Shown here: in pieces, positions 38,834 through 49,190 of the stretch
Numbering within the stretch: position 1 is the stretch's first letter
Layout of the letters: each line of letters opens with the position of its first letter
Virus record (IMG/VR): IMGVR_UViG_3300031994_002305
Coordinates: 165,073 to 229,072 of that record
DNA length: 64,000 bases
From: a virus
Taxonomy: Duplodnaviria > Heunggongvirae > Uroviricota > Caudoviricetes
Direction: 5' to 3' (one strand)
The notes under the pieces: model-generated
What the model was told of the DNA's origin: nothing
Seen by the model: only the letters and a program-made list of their open reading frames with translations
Database searches by the model: none
Program-made: the position numbers and the translations under genes

Positions 38834-41800
38834 ATGAAATTACATAATAACGAAAATGATTCATTTATAATAACATCAAATGACATATTAGTAAATGGTG
38901 ATAAATCTGATGTTTTAACTAACGTTATTAATAAGCAAGAAGATAAGTTAACAAGTTTAGAACGAAATATCAAATGGCTTTATAAATATGGAGGTACAGG
39001 ATCAAAAGGTTCTGGATCATCTAATGGTGTTTCGTTTAGTGTAGATGCAAATGTATTATTTGGTAATATAATTATTCAAAAATCTATTAATCAAAAATTA
39101 ATATTATCAAATAGTAATAAAAAATATGAAACATTATCAATAAGTTTAAATAAAACAAACATATTGAATATTTATCAAGCTAGAATTACTGGTACTGGAT
39201 TTTCACAAAGTAAATGGTATGATTTAACACAAGATAATGATTATGGATTATCATTCAATGTACCTGTTGATGATACTGGAACAATAAAAATAGAAATTAA
39301 AGGTACAAGTACATTAACTGGTGATAACGATAATGCAACATATTTATTTACATATATCAAAAATCCTTATGTATTTAATTTATCATTAATAGATAATAAT
39401 GATAAAAACATATTAGATGGAGATAATTTATATGTTAATGAAGCAATAGAAAAGGGAGTAAACTTATTTATTGATTATAACATAGTTTCATCAAAACAAA
39501 TATCATATGAAATAACATGTGACGAAACTATGTTAACTAATTATGAAGGAATAATTAATGATAGTGAACATGGTGTAGGTTTAGGTAATTTGTCTATTCC
39601 TTTTAATTCATCATTTATATCAAATGACAATAATTATGGATCTCATACAATTAACATTAAATTTAAAATAGATCCTGATGAGTCATTAGGAATATCAAAT
39701 GGACAGATTATTACTAAGAATATATCATTTACATATATTCCTAATAATCAAATATTCTTTAAAATAGAATCAACAAATAATAAAGCAAAAATATATAAAT
39801 ACTCAGAAACAAATTATAATAATGCAATTATTCAATTTAATTTATATAAAAGTTATTATGAGTATTTTAAAATTCTTGAAAATGAACAAGAATTAGACCC
39901 AGTTATTCGTGAAGGTTTGATTAATACATTAGTAGATGAATCATTAAGACCTTCAATAACAGATAATCAATTAAAAGATGTAATTGAAAATAAATTAAAC
40001 GAAATTGAATCAGAACTTTATATATTTAATGTAGGATCTTTACAATTATATTTACAAGCATATTTAGGATCAAATACATTAAATACGGTAGATGTTTCAT
40101 ATATTTTAGATGATGGTGAAAATATAATTGATAATGAATTATTAAGTTCATTACAATATAGAAAACGTCAAATGATTAATATACCAGTTCAAGAAGAAGG
40201 TGTATATAAATTATGTATTTATTCGAAGAATCAAACTGAGCAACAACGTATTTATTACTATTTTGCTGCATTTGATAAAAATAGTGGAATTAACTGGTAT
40301 AATGCTGATGTTGAATTTAATGAAATTGATTTATTCTTTAAAGAAGGAAAAATAGGAACACATCATGAAACTAATTTAAGTCTTAATTGTTTAAATACAA
40401 TTAAAAATTATGAAAGTGTTCAAAAGATTCAAAAATATGCTAATGGAGAACCTTCACAATTATTTGATATTAGTAATGAATTAAATTTATTAGCTCAACC
40501 AGATTGTGACATAATGTTATCATTTGGTATTCAATATTCATATATTAATAGTGATAATGTAAAGTTAATGTCAATTTTAACAAATAACAATAATAGCTCA
40601 TTAAATCTTGACATATATCAAAATAGAATTAATGAATATAATTCATCAAATACATTAGCAAAAATATTCATACCAAAGGAACATAATTATGCTCCTTCAA
40701 ATAATGAAAACTATCATTTATTAACATTATATAAAAGATATGTTTATGAAACAAATTCACCTTATTATGAAATAATAATTTATATTGATGGATGTCCTGA
40801 AGCAGCATTTAAAAACTTTGTTAAAGATTCATCATGTTGGTCTTCAGTATATTTAAATAACTCAAATTTTTCATTGAACTTTTTTGAGTTAGCATATTTT
40901 CAACATAATAAAAATAGTTTAAAAAGATTTGACAAAAATGAAACATCAGGAACAGTTACACAAAATAAAGTAACATATCTTGATGATATAGCAATATCTG
41001 AATATTATTATAAGTATATAAGTACACATAAATCTTTAGGTAATATTATTTCATTACTTGCTAATCTTCGTAATTTCAAAGAAACAGATTATGGAATGAT
41101 AGAAGTTGCTTCAAGAAATGATATTGATTCAATTGCAAATGGTATTGATATTCCAGTTTTACTTTTAGAATATACAGATCAATCTGATAATGAATTTGTT
41201 AATTGGTTTACTAAATCATATAAAGAAACCGAATTAACAAAAGATAAAAAGAAATTAGATTACATATATTATTCAAGTGGTTTAAATAAACTTTCACAAA
41301 TTGATTTACCCGATGAATTAGCTGGTTCATATTGGTATGCTGCATTGCAAGGTTCTTCTACAGGTGAATTATTTGATAAAAACTTAACATTAGGTATTAA
41401 TAACCAAACACCTGGTCGTATGGGTATATTTACACCTAATTTCTATGACGTTAATGAAACTTTATTTAACAGTAATAATTTAACAGAAGAAGAACAAACA
41501 ATTGTATCAAAGGCAAAAAATTCATTCTTACCAGAAACTGCATATACATTAAAGGCAGACGTTGTTGACTCTTCACATAGTAACAATACTGCTGTTGGTG
41601 CATTCGTTAATGCAAATACAACACAATTTAATATATTATTTGATGGTGGTAATACAAATAAAGGTAATAATAAATATGTTAATTATATTAAAAACTGTTT
41701 GTTAGGTTTCCCTGTATTAGTATTTGCTAATGTTAACAGAAATGGTAAATCAACATATTATTTTCTTGGTATATACAATTTCAACTTAGGTCGTGATTCA

Positions 41801-44800
41801 TATTTTAATATGGGTTATTATAGTCCACGTATTTTACAAGAACAGAATCAAATTTCATCTGCATTAAATAATGCATCAGGTAAAGATTTCATTGTAACAT
41901 ATGTAGAATTTACTAACTTAGATATGAAAACATTACCTGTTGATGATGGTGTTATTGTTGCAGAAATTCAAGGTGGTAAAGAATATTTCGATTTTTCACA
42001 ATATCATTCAACAATGTTATTACCACAGGATGTACAACAAGGCACCGATAATGGATGTATGTTTGGTGATTTTGTTCCAAAATATGATCCATCTAAACAA
42101 TCAAATGCAGATTTACGTATAAGATATCATATACCTAGATTAGTTGAAGCAATTTCTAAAGCAGGTGGTTATTTATTTGATAATGTATTACATAAACATT
42201 TAGGTGAATACAAATATGGATATAATAAGTATATTGATAGAGGATATGGTTCATCTATATTTGATTCAGCAAACCAAGTTCCAAATTATAAATTACAATA
42301 TGTAAGAGCACCTCAAGAAAGTGATACTGATTTACAATATTTAATTCATAATTTCCAAAAAGATGAACGTGGTCAAATTATTTTAAATTCAAATGGACAA
42401 CCATCAATTGACCCATCATATTATGCTGATGATTATGCAGTTGGACGTTTATTAGATACACATATTGATGAAGGTTTTGATCCTTATCAACGTGGTAATG
42501 ATCCTATATTAGATTATACAAGTGCAACTGAATATTATACTGCATGTATGGGATTTGGTCTTGTTGACTCAGTAATGAAAAACCTTAATGTTAAATCATG
42601 GAATGCAACGTATGTTGAAGGTGCGGATAATTATAAAAATGGTAAATGGTATGTAGCATTTTATGATATGGATACATCATTTGGTAGAGATAATGGTGGT
42701 GCAAAAACTTCTTATTTTGCATTCTCAGATTATTGGAAAACAGGAAAAACTACTGAATTAGAAGAACCAACAATATATAGAGATTTCTATCCAATGTCAG
42801 ATCCAGAAAATCCTAATGTCGTTGGACAATCAATGGCAGAATCTGGATTTGATATACCTTCATCATATTTATTTGCTGTTGCTAAATATGCCCATTTATT
42901 AAATGATGAAAAATCTGATTCATTATTAGTACCAAAAGGTTCAATACCTCACAATATATGGGCTAGATGGAGATGTATCTCAAACAATATAGGAGATATA
43001 TCAGGTCCTGGAACAGGTGAATTAAGATCTGCAGATTATTTCATACAAAAATATTTCATTAGAAATTTAGATAATATCCCTGAACAAATTTGGGCATTAA
43101 ACTATAGACTTAAATATTTAAAACGTATTTCACCAGATTCAACAAATAAATATAACTATACATATAATACTGATGAAAATGGCTCATTTGAAAACCTTAA
43201 TTACATTCCATTCCATGGAAAAGGCATTAATGAGTTACATGAATGGTTAGGTGGTCGTTTACATATATTAGATTCATATTTTAATTTAGAAGGTAATGAT
43301 AAATTAAATATTAAGTATCTTGAATATACTGAAAATGAATCTAATGAAAATAATCCTAAATTTACACCTATAATAAGATTAGATAGTGTACAAGGTTATA
43401 AATATAATGATATTGATACTCCTAATGCAGATAGTAATGGTAATTATAAATGGTTATCATCATCTTATAATGATAAAATTCCAGATATAACTCCTGATGT
43501 ATTAGGTTCAAATAAAGATATTGAAATATTAAAGGATATATTTTCAATAAATGGAAATGGTGCACGTTATTCGCAACCTATTGATATTTATATAAAATCA
43601 CAAGAATTTTCACCATTTAACATTACAACAGCTATGGGTGAAAAATATAAATATTTATTGGAAGATCCTGACACCGAATATCACATATCATATAAACCTA
43701 GAGGATTAGTTATCACAAAATTTGGTGGTTCGACTCTTTGGACATATATTAGAAATCTTAATACAGTAATTAATGAAAATACATTAACATTAAATACTGA
43801 AAACTTAGATCAAATTGTATTAACAAAAGGTAAATGTAGTACTTATAATATATCAGCGATGAAATCATTAAAAATTGTAAGTATTATTAAGGATTTATAT
43901 GATAATGATTCACAGTTTACTGGAACTTTAACATTTGCATTAGATGCGAATAATACTGACCCATATCCTGATTTAACAATAATTGAATTAATAAGAACAG
44001 AAATAACATTAACATGTAATGGTGTTGGTGTATCAGTAATTAATTTATCTAATACACAATCAACCGACACAAAAATTATAAACTGTAAAAACTTAGAATC
44101 AGTTAACTTATCAGGATTTACTGCTCCTTCTTTGGATATTATGCCAGGATGGTCAAATGATATGGAAATTAATTTATCAAAAGTTAATAAGATAAAAATT
44201 AGTCCTAAAGATAAAACAGCTAACGAACGTAAAATTTCTATTAAAAATGACTTAAAATTAACAACAGTCATATTGGAAGATTTTACTCATATTTCTTTAG
44301 CATATTGTCCTAACTTATATAATATTTGCATATTAAATCCTGAACATGTAGAATCTTTAGAGATAATAAAATGTAATACTGATTCAAAAGCTAATCATAA
44401 TTTACATATTTATTTTAATGAATTAGATGAATCATCAGAAAATGATTCAACAACAATTGACTTAAAACAATTAACAAATATTCGTTCATTTAAATTTAAT
44501 GGTACAGGTGGATTCAATACATTAGATGCATCAGAATCAGATGGTGAACAAATTACTATTAATGGAAATACATATAACTGTTTAAAATTATATGGAGATG
44601 CCTTCTCAGGAACATCTTTAGAAAGAATAATAACTAAACCTAATGTATATTTATATATTAATAGTGATAATATCAATGGAACTACTGGAACATTTAATGA
44701 TTCAAATTATGGATCATATCCTAATAAAATGATTATTGGTAAAAATGTTAAAAAATTAGATTCATTATTTAAACATGATTTGGGTGGTACTTTAACTTCA

Positions 44801-47326
44801 TCACCTCATATAGATAGTGGTTTTGTTGCTGATTTTATTAATTGTAATGAAGATTTGGTAATATTTGAAAATATTGATAATATTGTTTCATTAAATGGAT
44901 TATTCTATGGACAAACACGTGTCGCTAATAGTAAAACTAATCATCCATTTACATTAAATAAATTTAAGAATGTAAATGATATTAGCTATTTATTCTTCGG
45001 TACAAGTATATTTACATATAATAAAGATATATTTGGTACTGATGATAACTATTGTGGTATGAATGTTATACAGAACAATGGAGAATTTAAGTTAGATAAC
45101 TTTATACCTTCTGGTTCAAATATTGACGTAAATTTATTTGATTATTACATCAATAATATTAAATGTTTAATTTCTGATAATGATTATATCCAAGTTAGAT
45201 TAAATATTTATAATGATGGTGATGTTGTACAAATTAAAAATTTATTTAGTAATTTAAATTATGATACAAATATTTTAGAATCATTTGAAGGATTTGTTAT
45301 TAATGATATGGATGGTGTTGATTATGCCGACTTGTTATATGACCATACAACTAATAAATTTAAATTCCCTAAGTTAAAATCAATTAAAAACTCATTTAAT
45401 AACTTAAATAAGTATAGTATTAATTTTAATAGAATTGGATTGTATGAATATGATATGTCAAAATTAACATTATATAATTCATTTAATTTCTCTAACGAAA
45501 ATATCGAAAAAATGAACATTACGCAAATAATTAATTTTGATACATTTGCAAATAATTCACTATTACCTTGGCATGATAGTATTTATTCATTAAATGGTGC
45601 AAAGGAAATATATGAATCTGATTTATTAATATTATTAAAGAAGTTAAACACTAAAAAATGCATTACATTAAATAACTTATTTAAAAATACAAATATTATT
45701 ATTGATGATGATAAAGTAAATAAAAATGAATTAATATTACATTCATCAGATATAGTTGAACCTTATATATTTAGAGCATGTAACGGATTATTTAAAAATG
45801 CAAAATTAGTAGATAGAAATAATGTAGAATATGGCATAGAAATTACATCTAATACTTTAAGTAAGTTTACTAATGTTGAAACATGGACAGAAGCATTTAT
45901 GGGATGTACATTACATAAGAATTTGCCATTAAATATGTTTAATTTAAAAACGGGATTAGGTGATTATAAAATTGACTATTATACAGAAAAACATAAAAAC
46001 TTATCATTAATGTTTGCTGATGTCAAATTAGATTCAAATGAATCTTGGTTTAATTATAATTGGACTCCTGAAGATTATACAAAATATAATAATGGCATAG
46101 AATTAAATGGATCATATAGAAAAAATATTACTACATTAGAAGGTACAGTAATTTCAAATTATGAATGTAAAGATAATTATGTACAAAATGGCATTACTGT
46201 TTATGGAGAACATATTGTTAAAAACTTAATATTACCTTGGGATATATTTTATGGTTGTACATCAAATTGTAATATTGATGGCTTCATTGCAAATTCTGAA
46301 TTTGAAGGAATATTACCTACAAATCTATTCCCTAAAAATACTAAGTTATATAATTTAAGTTTTTCAAATACATTTAAAGATGTATTAGTAATTCCTAATT
46401 TTGTAAATGATATAATTATTGAATATGTAAATAAATCACTTGCAAATACTGTATGTTATGTTAAGTGTCCAGGATATGTATTTATACCTGAATATTTCAC
46501 AAATTCTACTGATTTAACATGTTCATTTAACTTTAAAATGTTATTACCTAACAGTGAATCTTTAGATAGAGTTAATTCTGATAAAATACATAATATTCCT
46601 AATAATGGTATTAATAAGACAATAGATAACGTTGATTCAATTGAATTGTATTTTGTATTACAAGATAATTCAGTTAGCTTTGGTAATTTAACATCTATTA
46701 AAGACTTTTTACCTTATGATAATGTTATTACATTATATGATGAACTTAATCAAACAACAATTGAAAAATCATTGCATACTTTAGATACTAGTATTAGAGC
46801 AAATCAAGATAATATATTTAATGCAAGAACTGATTATGGAATTCATTATTATATGTATTTAAATAAAGAATTATTATCAACATCAGATTCTTCATATCCT
46901 TGGGTTGAAGTAATTATTAAAGATTCTACTGATAATGATGTTACAATATATGAAGCATTTAATAAAGATGAAACTGATACAGGATTACCAATTGTTAATA
47001 ATACAAAATTATTATATGATTCAATATTTAATGATGATATAATATCATTTACTTATGGAAATATCATTACACGTGGTTTTAATCTATATAATGTTCAACC
47101 AATTAGTGGATCTAGTCCATTTATTAATATAAGTGCTATATGGTCTGATTTTGGAAAGAATATTATATTACCTTTAAATGAAAGAGGTGCAGGAGTATAT
47201 TATGATAATGTATTTAATTTAGGTAGCAATTTAGTTAAGCATATTAGCATAGATAATATCGACCGTAAACAACAAACATCATTAGATAACTATGCTGAAC
47301 ATAGATTAATTGATATTGATTATTAA
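38834..47326 (+). CDS. giant protein (2830 aa), putative virion structural protein (fibre/baseplate/ejected protein)
   Basis: Uninterrupted 8.5-kb ORF, N/Y/S/T-rich, followed by the terminator at 47341. No catalytic motif was found; the canonical two-barrel RNAP DxDGD box is absent. Confidence 0.55.
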   Translation: MKLHNNENDSFIITSNDILVNGDKSDVLTNVINKQEDKLTSLERNIKWLYKYGGTGSKGSGSSNGVSFSVDANVLFGNIIIQKSINQKLILSNSNKKYETLSISLNKTNILNIYQARITGTGFSQSKWYDLTQDNDYGLSFNVPVDDTGTIKIEIKGTSTLTGDNDNATYLFTYIKNPYVFNLSLIDNNDKNILDGDNLYVNEAIEKGVNLFIDYNIVSSKQISYEITCDETMLTNYEGIINDSEHGVGLGNLSIPFNSSFISNDNNYGSHTINIKFKIDPDESLGISNGQIITKNISFTYIPNNQIFFKIESTNNKAKIYKYSETNYNNAIIQFNLYKSYYEYFKILENEQELDPVIREGLINTLVDESLRPSITDNQLKDVIENKLNEIESELYIFNVGSLQLYLQAYLGSNTLNTVDVSYILDDGENIIDNELLSSLQYRKRQMINIPVQEEGVYKLCIYSKNQTEQQRIYYYFAAFDKNSGINWYNADVEFNEIDLFFKEGKIGTHHETNLSLNCLNTIKNYESVQKIQKYANGEPSQLFDISNELNLLAQPDCDIMLSFGIQYSYINSDNVKLMSILTNNNNSSLNLDIYQNRINEYNSSNTLAKIFIPKEHNYAPSNNENYHLLTLYKRYVYETNSPYYEIIIYIDGCPEAAFKNFVKDSSCWSSVYLNNSNFSLNFFELAYFQHNKNSLKRFDKNETSGTVTQNKVTYLDDIAISEYYYKYISTHKSLGNIISLLANLRNFKETDYGMIEVASRNDIDSIANGIDIPVLLLEYTDQSDNEFVNWFTKSYKETELTKDKKKLDYIYYSSGLNKLSQIDLPDELAGSYWYAALQGSSTGELFDKNLTLGINNQTPGRMGIFTPNFYDVNETLFNSNNLTEEEQTIVSKAKNSFLPETAYTLKADVVDSSHSNNTAVGAFVNANTTQFNILFDGGNTNKGNNKYVNYIKNCLLGFPVLVFANVNRNGKSTYYFLGIYNFNLGRDSYFNMGYYSPRILQEQNQISSALNNASGKDFIVTYVEFTNLDMKTLPVDDGVIVAEIQGGKEYFDFSQYHSTMLLPQDVQQGTDNGCMFGDFVPKYDPSKQSNADLRIRYHIPRLVEAISKAGGYLFDNVLHKHLGEYKYGYNKYIDRGYGSSIFDSANQVPNYKLQYVRAPQESDTDLQYLIHNFQKDERGQIILNSNGQPSIDPSYYADDYAVGRLLDTHIDEGFDPYQRGNDPILDYTSATEYYTACMGFGLVDSVMKNLNVKSWNATYVEGADNYKNGKWYVAFYDMDTSFGRDNGGAKTSYFAFSDYWKTGKTTELEEPTIYRDFYPMSDPENPNVVGQSMAESGFDIPSSYLFAVAKYAHLLNDEKSDSLLVPKGSIPHNIWARWRCISNNIGDISGPGTGELRSADYFIQKYFIRNLDNIPEQIWALNYRLKYLKRISPDSTNKYNYTYNTDENGSFENLNYIPFHGKGINELHEWLGGRLHILDSYFNLEGNDKLNIKYLEYTENESNENNPKFTPIIRLDSVQGYKYNDIDTPNADSNGNYKWLSSSYNDKIPDITPDVLGSNKDIEILKDIFSINGNGARYSQPIDIYIKSQEFSPFNITTAMGEKYKYLLEDPDTEYHISYKPRGLVITKFGGSTLWTYIRNLNTVINENTLTLNTENLDQIVLTKGKCSTYNISAMKSLKIVSIIKDLYDNDSQFTGTLTFALDANNTDPYPDLTIIELIRTEITLTCNGVGVSVINLSNTQSTDTKIINCKNLESVNLSGFTAPSLDIMPGWSNDMEINLSKVNKIKISPKDKTANERKISIKNDLKLTTVILEDFTHISLAYCPNLYNICILNPEHVESLEIIKCNTDSKANHNLHIYFNELDESSENDSTTIDLKQLTNIRSFKFNGTGGFNTLDASESDGEQITINGNTYNCLKLYGDAFSGTSLERIITKPNVYLYINSDNINGTTGTFNDSNYGSYPNKMIIGKNVKKLDSLFKHDLGGTLTSSPHIDSGFVADFINCNEDLVIFENIDNIVSLNGLFYGQTRVANSKTNHPFTLNKFKNVNDISYLFFGTSIFTYNKDIFGTDDNYCGMNVIQNNGEFKLDNFIPSGSNIDVNLFDYYINNIKCLISDNDYIQVRLNIYNDGDVVQIKNLFSNLNYDTNILESFEGFVINDMDGVDYADLLYDHTTNKFKFPKLKSIKNSFNNLNKYSINFNRIGLYEYDMSKLTLYNSFNFSNENIEKMNITQIINFDTFANNSLLPWHDSIYSLNGAKEIYESDLLILLKKLNTKKCITLNNLFKNTNIIIDDDKVNKNELILHSSDIVEPYIFRACNGLFKNAKLVDRNNVEYGIEITSNTLSKFTNVETWTEAFMGCTLHKNLPLNMFNLKTGLGDYKIDYYTEKHKNLSLMFADVKLDSNESWFNYNWTPEDYTKYNNGIELNGSYRKNITTLEGTVISNYECKDNYVQNGITVYGEHIVKNLILPWDIFYGCTSNCNIDGFIANSEFEGILPTNLFPKNTKLYNLSFSNTFKDVLVIPNFVNDIIIEYVNKSLANTVCYVKCPGYVFIPEYFTNSTDLTCSFNFKMLLPNSESLDRVNSDKIHNIPNNGINKTIDNVDSIELYFVLQDNSVSFGNLTSIKDFLPYDNVITLYDELNQTTIEKSLHTLDTSIRANQDNIFNARTDYGIHYYMYLNKELLSTSDSSYPWVEVIIKDSTDNDVTIYEAFNKDETDTGLPIVNNTKLLYDSIFNDDIISFTYGNIITRGFNLYNVQPISGSSPFINISAIWSDFGKNIILPLNERGAGVYYDNVFNLGSNLVKHISIDNIDRKQQTSLDNYAEHRLIDIDY

Positions 47327-47340
47327 TTATTATAAAGTAT

Positions 47341-47370
47341 AAAATGGTATTTCTTATGCCATTTTATACT
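47341..47370 (+). terminator. rho-independent terminator (aaaatggtat-ttctt-atgccatttt + T-rich)
   Basis: 10-bp stem with one G-U pair, followed by TTATACTTTTTATT. Confidence 0.55.
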
Positions 47371-47381
47371 TTTTATTATAT

Positions 47382-47406
47382 AAATTTTTATTTTTATTTA
47401 AATATG
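47382..47406 (+). promoter_or_regulatory. class-B (late-like) promoter motif AAATTTTTATTTTTATTTAAAT
   Basis: Near-identical 22-mers lie upstream of the protease/scaffold (47382), MCP (49115) and sheath (51101) genes. The tube gene (54283) has a related motif. It contains a TATAAAT-like box. Confidence 0.45.
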
Positions 47407-47479
47407 TTAACATAATAACAGTAAGTTATTTATTTTTATTTGATATTTATTTATAACAAAAATATTGGAATACAATAAT

Positions 47480-49093
47480 ATGACAAATAAACGTTGCTTG
47501 ATCTATGAAACATTGGGTGAAGTTAAACAATTACAAGTTTCTGAAGCAGCAGCGCCTAAAGGTATGATGAGACTTGAAGGTGTATTTGGCGTATGTGGTA
47601 TTAAGAATCAAAATAATCGTGTTTATGATAAAGAAAACTACCGTCAAATGGTAGAATCTTTACAAGCAGTTATTAAAGAATCTGGTTGTCCTGGTGAATT
47701 GGAACATCCAAATTCAATGAATATCAATCTTGAAAATGTTTCACACAAGATTGAAGATATTCAAATGAATGAAGATGGAACTATCACAGGTACAATTCTT
47801 TTATTAAATACCCCTAAAGGTCAAATAGCTCAAGCCATTGTAGAAGGTGGTCTTCCACTTTATATTTCATCTCGTGGTGCTGGTACTATTACTAATGAAG
47901 GTAAAGTTACTTTATCTACAATCAAAACTTATGACTTAGTTGGTACACCTGGTTTCAGTCAAGCCAAATTAACTCTTAAGCAAAATCAAACTTTAGAATG
48001 TTTAAATGAATCTGCTGAAGAAGGTAATGTTATTTATGCTATTGTTGAAGGTGAAGAATCTAAAACAGATGATAACGAAGATCCTAAAAAAGAAGATTCT
48101 AAAAAAGAAGACGATAACAAAAATAAAGATAATGGTAAAGTAGATATGAAAGAACTTAAAGAAGCTATCGATAAGCTTACTGAGAAGGTTACTTCTCTTG
48201 AGGCTGAACTTCATGTAGCTCAAGAATCTTTAAATGAAGCAAAATCTATCAAACCAACTAATTATGATGCTATTCAACAATGGGTAACTGAAGAATTCTG
48301 GCCTGCATATAAGAATCAGATCCAAATTCCTGAAGGTGTATCTATGGAAGATATTGAAACAATGGTTGATGCTAAATTAAGTGAATCAATTAATACAATA
48401 GCTGAAGGTGTTGAAAGTTGGGTTGTTGAAGAATTTGCCCCAGAAGTACAGAACTGGGTAGTTGAAGAATTTGCTCCAGAAGTACAGAATTGGGTAGTTG
48501 AAGAATTCGCTCCAGAAGTTCAGAACTGGGTAGTTGAAGAATTTGCTCCAGAAGTTCAAAATTGGATTGTTGAAGAATATTCACCAGAAGTACAAGGTTG
48601 GATTACTGAAGAATTTGCACCAGTTGTTGAAGGTTGGATTAATGAAGAATTCGCTCCTGAACACAAACAACAAATTGAAGAAGCTGTAAATGCTAATGTA
48701 TCTGCATTTATGGAATCACAAAAGGCTGGTCGTCTTGATGAAATTGATAGTTTATTAGAATCAATTGCTCAAGATGGTAATAATGATGTTAATAAGATTG
48801 TTGCTGAACAACAAAAAGAAAACAAGTACAAAGGAATTTATGTAGTAGAAAGCATGCCTGCTGAATATACTGCATCTTGGGAATTACTTGATGAAGCTCG
48901 TCAACAAGAAATTATTCGCACTTCTAAGATGTATGACTTCACAAAAGAAGGAGTACTTGAATCATTCTGGGCTAATGTAGATTTTAATAAGACTACAAAA
49001 ACTGAAAGAATCAACGAAAATAATAACCCAGTTGATAACTATCAAATGAATATTGTTAACAGAATGAGATCACTTCGTGGTTTATATGCTTAA
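47480..49093 (+). CDS. prohead protease (HK97/T4 gp21-like) fused to acidic scaffold-like domain with 13-aa tandem repeats
   Basis: The N-terminal approx. 170 aa ('RLEGVFGVCGIKNQNNRVYDKENY ... GELEHP') resemble HK97-family prohead protease motifs. The remainder is an acidic coiled coil with 7 x 'W(V/I)VEEFAPEVQN'. It lies directly upstream of the MCP. The start is moved from track TTG 47465 to ATG 47480. Confidence 0.45.
   Translation: MTNKRCLIYETLGEVKQLQVSEAAAPKGMMRLEGVFGVCGIKNQNNRVYDKENYRQMVESLQAVIKESGCPGELEHPNSMNINLENVSHKIEDIQMNEDGTITGTILLLNTPKGQIAQAIVEGGLPLYISSRGAGTITNEGKVTLSTIKTYDLVGTPGFSQAKLTLKQNQTLECLNESAEEGNVIYAIVEGEESKTDDNEDPKKEDSKKEDDNKNKDNGKVDMKELKEAIDKLTEKVTSLEAELHVAQESLNEAKSIKPTNYDAIQQWVTEEFWPAYKNQIQIPEGVSMEDIETMVDAKLSESINTIAEGVESWVVEEFAPEVQNWVVEEFAPEVQNWVVEEFAPEVQNWVVEEFAPEVQNWIVEEYSPEVQGWITEEFAPVVEGWINEEFAPEHKQQIEEAVNANVSAFMESQKAGRLDEIDSLLESIAQDGNNDVNKIVAEQQKENKYKGIYVVESMPAEYTASWELLDEARQQEIIRTSKMYDFTKEGVLESFWANVDFNKTTKTERINENNNPVDNYQMNIVNRMRSLRGLYA
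48419..48691 (+). repeat. 7 tandem copies of a 39-bp repeat encoding W(V/I)xEE(F/Y)(A/S)PEVQ(N/G)
   Basis: Copies start at 48419, 48458, 48497, 48536, 48575, 48614 and 48653. The first four are nearly identical at the DNA level. Confidence 0.8.
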
Positions 49094-49114
49094 ATAATAT
49101 TCTATCTGAAAAGA

Positions 49115-49138
49115 AAATTTTTATTTTTATATAAATTT
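49115..49138 (+). promoter_or_regulatory. class-B (late-like) promoter motif AAATTTTTATTTTTATATAAATTT
   Basis: Matches the 47382 and 51101 motifs. Lies 53 nt upstream of the MCP ATG. Confidence 0.45.
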
Positions 49139-49190
49139 AATATATAATTCTCAAAAGAGAAATAACAAATAAATTTTGATTATAAATAAT

